The notes beneath the pieces were generated by a model. The model was not told the origin of the DNA. It saw nothing but the letters and a program-made list of their open reading frames with translations, and searched no databases. From a candidate division WOR-3 bacterium (GTDB lineage Bacteria; Hydrothermota; Hydrothermia; JBDRYB01), in contig JBMFOM010000004.1 in NCBI GenBank assembly GCA_049969615.1, forward strand, positions 1 to 42,006: a stretch of DNA of 42,006 bases. Direction: 5' to 3'. Made by a program: the position numbers and the translations under genes. This document shows positions 37,729 through 42,006 of the stretch, one piece after another. The stretch's first letter is position 1, and every line of letters starts with the position of its first letter.

Positions 37729-38085
37729 TCAAGTTGATATAACAAATTTGACGGCCTCCAGTGAGACAACCAAGTGATACACGGTCACATCAAAGTCTAT
37801 CCAAGCGTTGTCCTCGCCGCCCATCTCGCTTATCCATTGTGAGAACATGTTCGCTGGGCCGGTTGAGCCGTTGAACATCAGGCGCTCGGTCATGTGCGCC
37901 ATACCTCCTTAGCAGTCATTCTCGTTGGCCGACCCAACCATATACTACATCTGGATAGCCGTGATACCGGCCGCCGTATCCTCCACGACCAGAACCCTCA
38001 TCCCGTTTTCCATAGCTGTGTCCCTCACCGGTACATGTGGTAAGAGGAGGTTGACGCAGGACAGAAAAAGGAAGACCAAACTCAT
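37729..38085 (-). pseudogene. M16 (insulinase/PqqL-like) zinc peptidase N-terminal remnant
   Basis: ..ENGMRVLVVED..QM*YMVGSANENDC*GGMAHMTERLMFNGS..MGGEDNAW; stops at 37945-47 and 37909-11; HxxEH has become HxxER; truncated. Confidence 0.85.
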
Positions 38086-38125
38086 TGGAGGATTCCCCTA
38101 TGGCGGATGCTATTGGGGCTCAGTA

Positions 38126-38479
38126 TCAAAGTGGATATTCGGGCCTGAACGCATCCTTATAGTGCTTTATTCCCTCTGGGGTCACGGATACGGCGTCAAA
38201 CCTGACCTGGACGCCATCCAGGTTCATCTGTGTTATGAAGCGCTCCGCGGTCAAAGCTATGCGCTTGCGTTTTCTCTCGTCAACGGACTCAAGCGGTTCG
38301 GCCGCCACGGAAGCACTGCTTTTTACTTCCACGAAAACCAGAATGTCGCTGTCCCAAGCAATTATATCGGCCTCCCCACCCCTGATGGTGAAGTTCCTGG
38401 CTATTATAACATAACCTAATGACCTGAGAAACTCAGCAGCTTCCCGTTCAGCGCGCCTTCCGATTTCTACAGTCCCTAT
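38126..38479 (-). CDS. yraN: YraN (UPF0102) family protein, apparent ATA start
   Basis: Frame open upstream of the called ORF: IGRRAEREAAEFLRSLGYVIIARNF..GEADIIA..LVFVEVKS..RFD. Confidence 0.85.
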   Translation of the reverse strand: MGTVEIGRRAEREAAEFLRSLGYVIIARNFTIRGGEADIIAWDSDILVFVEVKSSASVAAEPLESVDERKRKRIALTAERFITQMNLDGVQVRFDAVSVTPEGIKHYKDAFRPEYPL

Positions 38480-38480
38480 A

Positions 38481-38984
38481 TTAATCCTCTCCTTCCTTAT
38501 GCTCAGTGGCTTCCGGTATCTTAGGCTCGGCTGGCTCGGTGGTCATCTCTTCTGCCGAAGGCTCGGGTCCTGGCGCGGCTGGCTTGAGGGCATTGAGCTC
38601 CTCGGCAGAAAGCCTTCTATCCTTGAGCTTAGCGTGTTTGCCTATCCTGCCCCTGAGGTATCCCAGATTTGCTCGCCTCACCTTCGCCCTCTTGACTATC
38701 TCTATTCTCTCCACAGAGGGCGAGGCCAGGGGGAATATCCTCTCAACGCCTATGCCGGCCGAGATCTTCCTGACGATTATGCTTTTCCCTATGCCTTTGC
38801 CCCTTTCCGCTATTACAACGCCTTCATAGGCCTGGAGCCGGACCTTTTCTTCTGGCTTCTTAGTTTTTGGGTTCACCCTTACCTCTTTTACCTTAACATA
38901 AACCCTTACGGTATCTCCGGGCCTCACTTTTGGGAGGTCGGACCGGGCAAAAGAGGACTCAATGGCCCTTATCAGATCTTCCAC
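38481..38984 (-). CDS. rplS: 50S ribosomal protein L19
   Basis: RPGDTVRV, RLQAYEGVVI, VRKIS.GIGVERIFP, VRRANLGYLR; Pro/Glu-rich tail. Confidence 0.97.
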   Translation of the reverse strand: MEDLIRAIESSFARSDLPKVRPGDTVRVYVKVKEVRVNPKTKKPEEKVRLQAYEGVVIAERGKGIGKSIIVRKISAGIGVERIFPLASPSVERIEIVKRAKVRRANLGYLRGRIGKHAKLKDRRLSAEELNALKPAAPGPEPSAEEMTTEPAEPKIPEATEHKEGED

Positions 38985-39711
38985 AGTTCTTCTCCTCTTT
39001 CAACGATTCTCGCAAAATCTCCATATCGTCAGACCCCGTGTTCCTTCTCGCCAGGAGGTCTGGACGCAGGCGCAAAGTATAAAGCAAGGCCTGGCGCTTA
39101 CGCCACTTTTCTATCCTGGCATGATCGCCTGACAGAAGAACCGCGGGCACCCCAAGACCTAGGTATTCCCTGGGTTTTGTGTATGACGGATGGCCAAGCA
39201 TGTTCTCTTCAAAGGAATCATCCCTCGCGGAATCCTGGTCTCCCAGTGCTCCAGGCAGGAGCCTGGCTACAGCATCCAGCAATATGATCCCCGGCCCCTC
39301 TCCTCCTGAGACAATCAAGTTTCCCACCGAAAACCCTTCGTCAGCCCAGCGCATAACCCTCTCGTCAATGTCCTTATAGCGGCCGCATACTATTACCAGG
39401 TGAGGCTGGGCCGCGAGCTCCTTTATCCATTCCTGACAGAGAAGTCTGCCCCTAGCGCTCGCCACGAGAACCATTCCCCCCTCGTCCGAGGTCGCGTCGG
39501 TTATTGCCCTTATCAAAGGTTCTGGTCTCAGCACCATGCCCGGCCCACCGCCAAAAGGGTAGTCGTCCGTGTCCTTGGGGGTTTTGGCGTAATGCTTTGG
39601 GTTCAGGAACCTAACCTGAAGGCTTCCCGCCTCGGATGCGGCCCTAGGCGGTCCGAATTTCAGCCATTGGCTTATAAGCTCGGGGAACAGGGTTATGAAG
39701 GTTATTTTCAA
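38959..39711 (-). CDS. trmD: tRNA (guanine-N1)-methyltransferase
   Basis: ITLFPE, DDYPFGGGPGMVL, CGRYKDIDER, SGGE, YTKP, LLSGDHA; start TTG 39711. Confidence 0.96.
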   Translation of the reverse strand: MKITFITLFPELISQWLKFGPPRAASEAGSLQVRFLNPKHYAKTPKDTDDYPFGGGPGMVLRPEPLIRAITDATSDEGGMVLVASARGRLLCQEWIKELAAQPHLVIVCGRYKDIDERVMRWADEGFSVGNLIVSGGEGPGIILLDAVARLLPGALGDQDSARDDSFEENMLGHPSYTKPREYLGLGVPAVLLSGDHARIEKWRKRQALLYTLRLRPDLLARRNTGSDDMEILRESLKEEKNCGRSDKGH

Positions 39712-39718
39712 TGGAGAA

Positions 39719-39754
39719 ATTATAGCCCACTTCCTGTGCAGGATCAATTATTTG
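39719..39754 (-). promoter_or_regulatory. Conserved promoter module copy (trmD)
   Basis: CAAATAA TTGATC CTGCACAGGAAGTGGGC TATAAT, 7 nt before the TTG start. Confidence 0.75.
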
Positions 39755-39808
39755 TGTATCTGGTGAGGCCGAACATAAGCCTCTATGTTTTTAGGGAAAT
39801 CAGAGCTC

Positions 39809-40324
39809 TTAGAACCTCTTGAGTTTCAAAATCCCCTTGTTTCTGTCTATCTCGCTCACGAACTCTCCTGTCAGCGGAATGGAGAGCCTGTCCAGCTCCA
39901 GGATGAAATAAGAAGGGGTTTGGGTCAGGTCTTCAACCTTTCCAAGGAACTCGCCACCAGGGCCCAACACGCTCATGCCAACAAGCTCAAAGGCATATAT
40001 CTCCCCCTCCGCGGTCGCGGGGAGGTCTTCTGCCCTAGCCAAAAGGTGCAGTCCGGCAATCTCCCTCGCCTTTTCGGGGCTTTCAATTCCGAAAAACTTC
40101 ACCACTAACGTATCCTTTCCCTTGTGCCTCAGATAAGCCATTTTCAGCTCAGTAGTGTGACCATCCCTTGTCTGGACGAAAAAACGGGATATTGCAGAAA
40201 GCCCATCTACCTCCAGATATGGATGCAGGTTAAGCTCCCCCTTGAGCCCAGTGGCCTTCCCTATTCTACCAACAGAAACCAGGTCCTTACTACCCCGGCC
40301 CGCGGACTTGCCGGAGGGCTTCAT
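39809..40324 (-). CDS. rimM: Ribosome maturation factor RimM (start 40324 or 40345)
   Basis: VGRIGKATGLKGE, EGEIYAFELVGMSV, LGKVED; context between khpA and trmD. Confidence 0.9.
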   Translation of the reverse strand: MKPSGKSAGRGSKDLVSVGRIGKATGLKGELNLHPYLEVDGLSAISRFFVQTRDGHTTELKMAYLRHKGKDTLVVKFFGIESPEKAREIAGLHLLARAEDLPATAEGEIYAFELVGMSVLGPGGEFLGKVEDLTQTPSYFILELDRLSIPLTGEFVSEIDRNKGILKLKRF

Positions 40325-40357
40325 GGTTCCTTGCTGGACAACCACAGAGGGTTGCCC

Positions 40358-40597
40358 CTACTCTATGATCTCCAGCTGTGCCCTGCGCCCCTTCTTCATG
40401 GCAGCCGCGCCAACTATCGTCCTTATGGCCCTGGCGGTGCGCCCCTCTTTTCCTATGATTTTTCCCAGGTCGCCTTCGCCAACTCTCAGCTCGTATATGA
40501 CGCTCTTTTCTCCAGCCAGCTCCCGGACATCAACCTTGTCAGGGTGATCCACGAGAGCCTTCGCGATATACTCTATGAGCTCCTTCAGTTCAGCCAT
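40358..40597 (-). CDS. khpA: KH-domain RNA-binding protein KhpA (UPF0109)
   Basis: [27 protein letters not shown]. Confidence 0.95.
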   Translation of the reverse strand: MAELKELIEYIAKALVDHPDKVDVRELAGEKSVIYELRVGEGDLGKIIGKEGRTARAIRTIVGAAAMKKGRRAQLEIIE

Positions 40598-40841
40598 GTT
40601 TCACCTCTCTGGTTCTTGCGAGATTAACTATACTCTTTGCTCTGGGTGTTATCTGCGCTCCCTTGTCCAGCAATTCCTGGACTCGTGCGGTGTCCACCTT
40701 GAACTCGTCTTTTCTCAAGGGGTCATAGTAGCCGAGAATCTCAAGGACATAGCTCCCCACAGTGGCCCGACTGTCCACCGCGACTATCCTGTAGAAGGGT
40801 CTCCCCCTCTTTCCTTTTCTCTCAAGTCTTATCTTTAACAT
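40590..40841 (-). CDS. rpsP: 30S ribosomal protein S16
   Basis: [28 protein letters not shown]. Confidence 0.96.
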   Translation of the reverse strand: MLKIRLERKGKRGRPFYRIVAVDSRATVGSYVLEILGYYDPLRKDEFKVDTARVQELLDKGAQITPRAKSIVNLARTREVKHG

Positions 40842-40842
40842 C

Positions 40843-41316
<474 letters not shown>

Positions 41317-41691
41317 TCACTTCTTTGGTTTCTTGGTCCCGTATTTTGACCTACTCTTTGACCTGCCATCAACGCCTGCCGAGTCGTATCTACCCCTTAT
41401 GATGTGATATTTCACACCTGGGAGGTCCTTCACCCTGCCGCCCCTGACCATGACCACCGAGTGTTCCTGCAGGTTGTGGCCTTCGCCGGGGATGTAGGCG
41501 ATGACCTCCTTTCCATTGGTAAGCCGTACCTTCGCCACCTTCCGCAAAGCGGAGTTGGGTTTCTTCGGTGTGGTCGCGTAGACCCTGATACAGACCCCTT
41601 TTTTCTGGGGATTGGCGGCCAGCGCAGGCGCCTTTGACTTCTTTCTCTTCGGCGTCCTACCGAACCTCACCAGCTGGTTTATCGTTGGCAT
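41317..41691 (-). CDS. rpsL: 30S ribosomal protein S12
   Basis: [29 protein letters not shown]. Confidence 0.98.
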   Translation of the reverse strand: MPTINQLVRFGRTPKRKKSKAPALAANPQKKGVCIRVYATTPKKPNSALRKVAKVRLTNGKEVIAYIPGEGHNLQEHSVVMVRGGRVKDLPGVKYHIIRGRYDSAGVDGRSKSRSKYGTKKPKK

Positions 41692-41718
41692 AAAACTTCC
41701 CTTCTTGCTAGGAAGCAA

Positions 41719-41748
41719 ATTATAAACGAGCCGGCAGGGAAGGATCAA
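41719..41748 (-). promoter_or_regulatory. rpsL operon promoter
   Basis: TTGATC-18 nt-TATAAT. Confidence 0.65.
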
Positions 41749-42006
41749 GTCCTGGTTTTGGCTGCTGGTTTTTCCAGCCCGCAGATTTTTCCTAAGCCAG
41801 GTTCAACCCGCCGTCTATTTTTGGGACAGGTATGGAACCGAAAGTTTCCGAAGGAAAGACAAGGAAAGATCCGCCCCTATAGGCCCCCATATTGAAGGGA
41901 GACCCCTGTATATCACTTTACCCGGCCTCTATAATTTCTTCCCCTAAGAAAGCACATAGAAATATGTGGTCGGAGAACCGGGTGAGCCTTTGGCTGAGAC
42001 CTCTGT

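Noticed and set aside
27427-38085. Stop-codon reassignment, Sec or Pyl readthrough to explain the in-frame stops
   Set aside because: The stops are TAA, TAG and TAA, and all three stop codons end normal genes in this window. The M16 remnant has also lost a catalytic His and is truncated.
41750-41900. Weak inverted repeats upstream of the rpsL promoter
   Set aside because: Short and imperfect, outside the predicted transcript, and not distinguishable from chance.

Overview
A bacterial chromosomal window of mostly housekeeping genes. PorU/C25, clostripain and FG-GAP proteins with T9SS-like C-termini suggest an FCB-related anaerobe; this taxonomy is inference only. Contents in order: lipoprotein, tatD, amidase, a DUF2520-Trm112 fusion, a PorU-like C25 peptidase, a frameshifted FG-GAP protein, a GT4/murJ/der block, clostripain, polA, DUF2085, prmC, pgeF, a tetraheme UshA-like lipoprotein, znuACB-like ABC genes, tRNA-Thr(CGT), a CPA2 antiporter and a Type IIG/ISP-like R-M gene broken by one in-frame TAA. 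These are followed by a Thermotoga-like split methionine synthase cluster converging on the archaeal-type DUF39/NIL-ferredoxin/UPF0280 homocysteine operon, an M16 peptidase pseudogene and an unusual rpsL-rpsG-rpsP-khpA-rimM-trmD-rplS-yraN run. The most interesting signals are non-coding: (1) a 36-bp promoter module (TTGATC-17 nt-TATAAT) whose spacer is conserved in five copies ahead of unrelated genes; (2) a structured leader carrying a probably leaderless Met-Cys uORF ahead of the homocysteine operon; (3) a ~140-nt G-U-supported rod-like hairpin; (4) a ~186-bp MITE family with 5-bp target duplications; and (5) several leaderless or non-canonical starts. All calls were made by eye, with no database searches.
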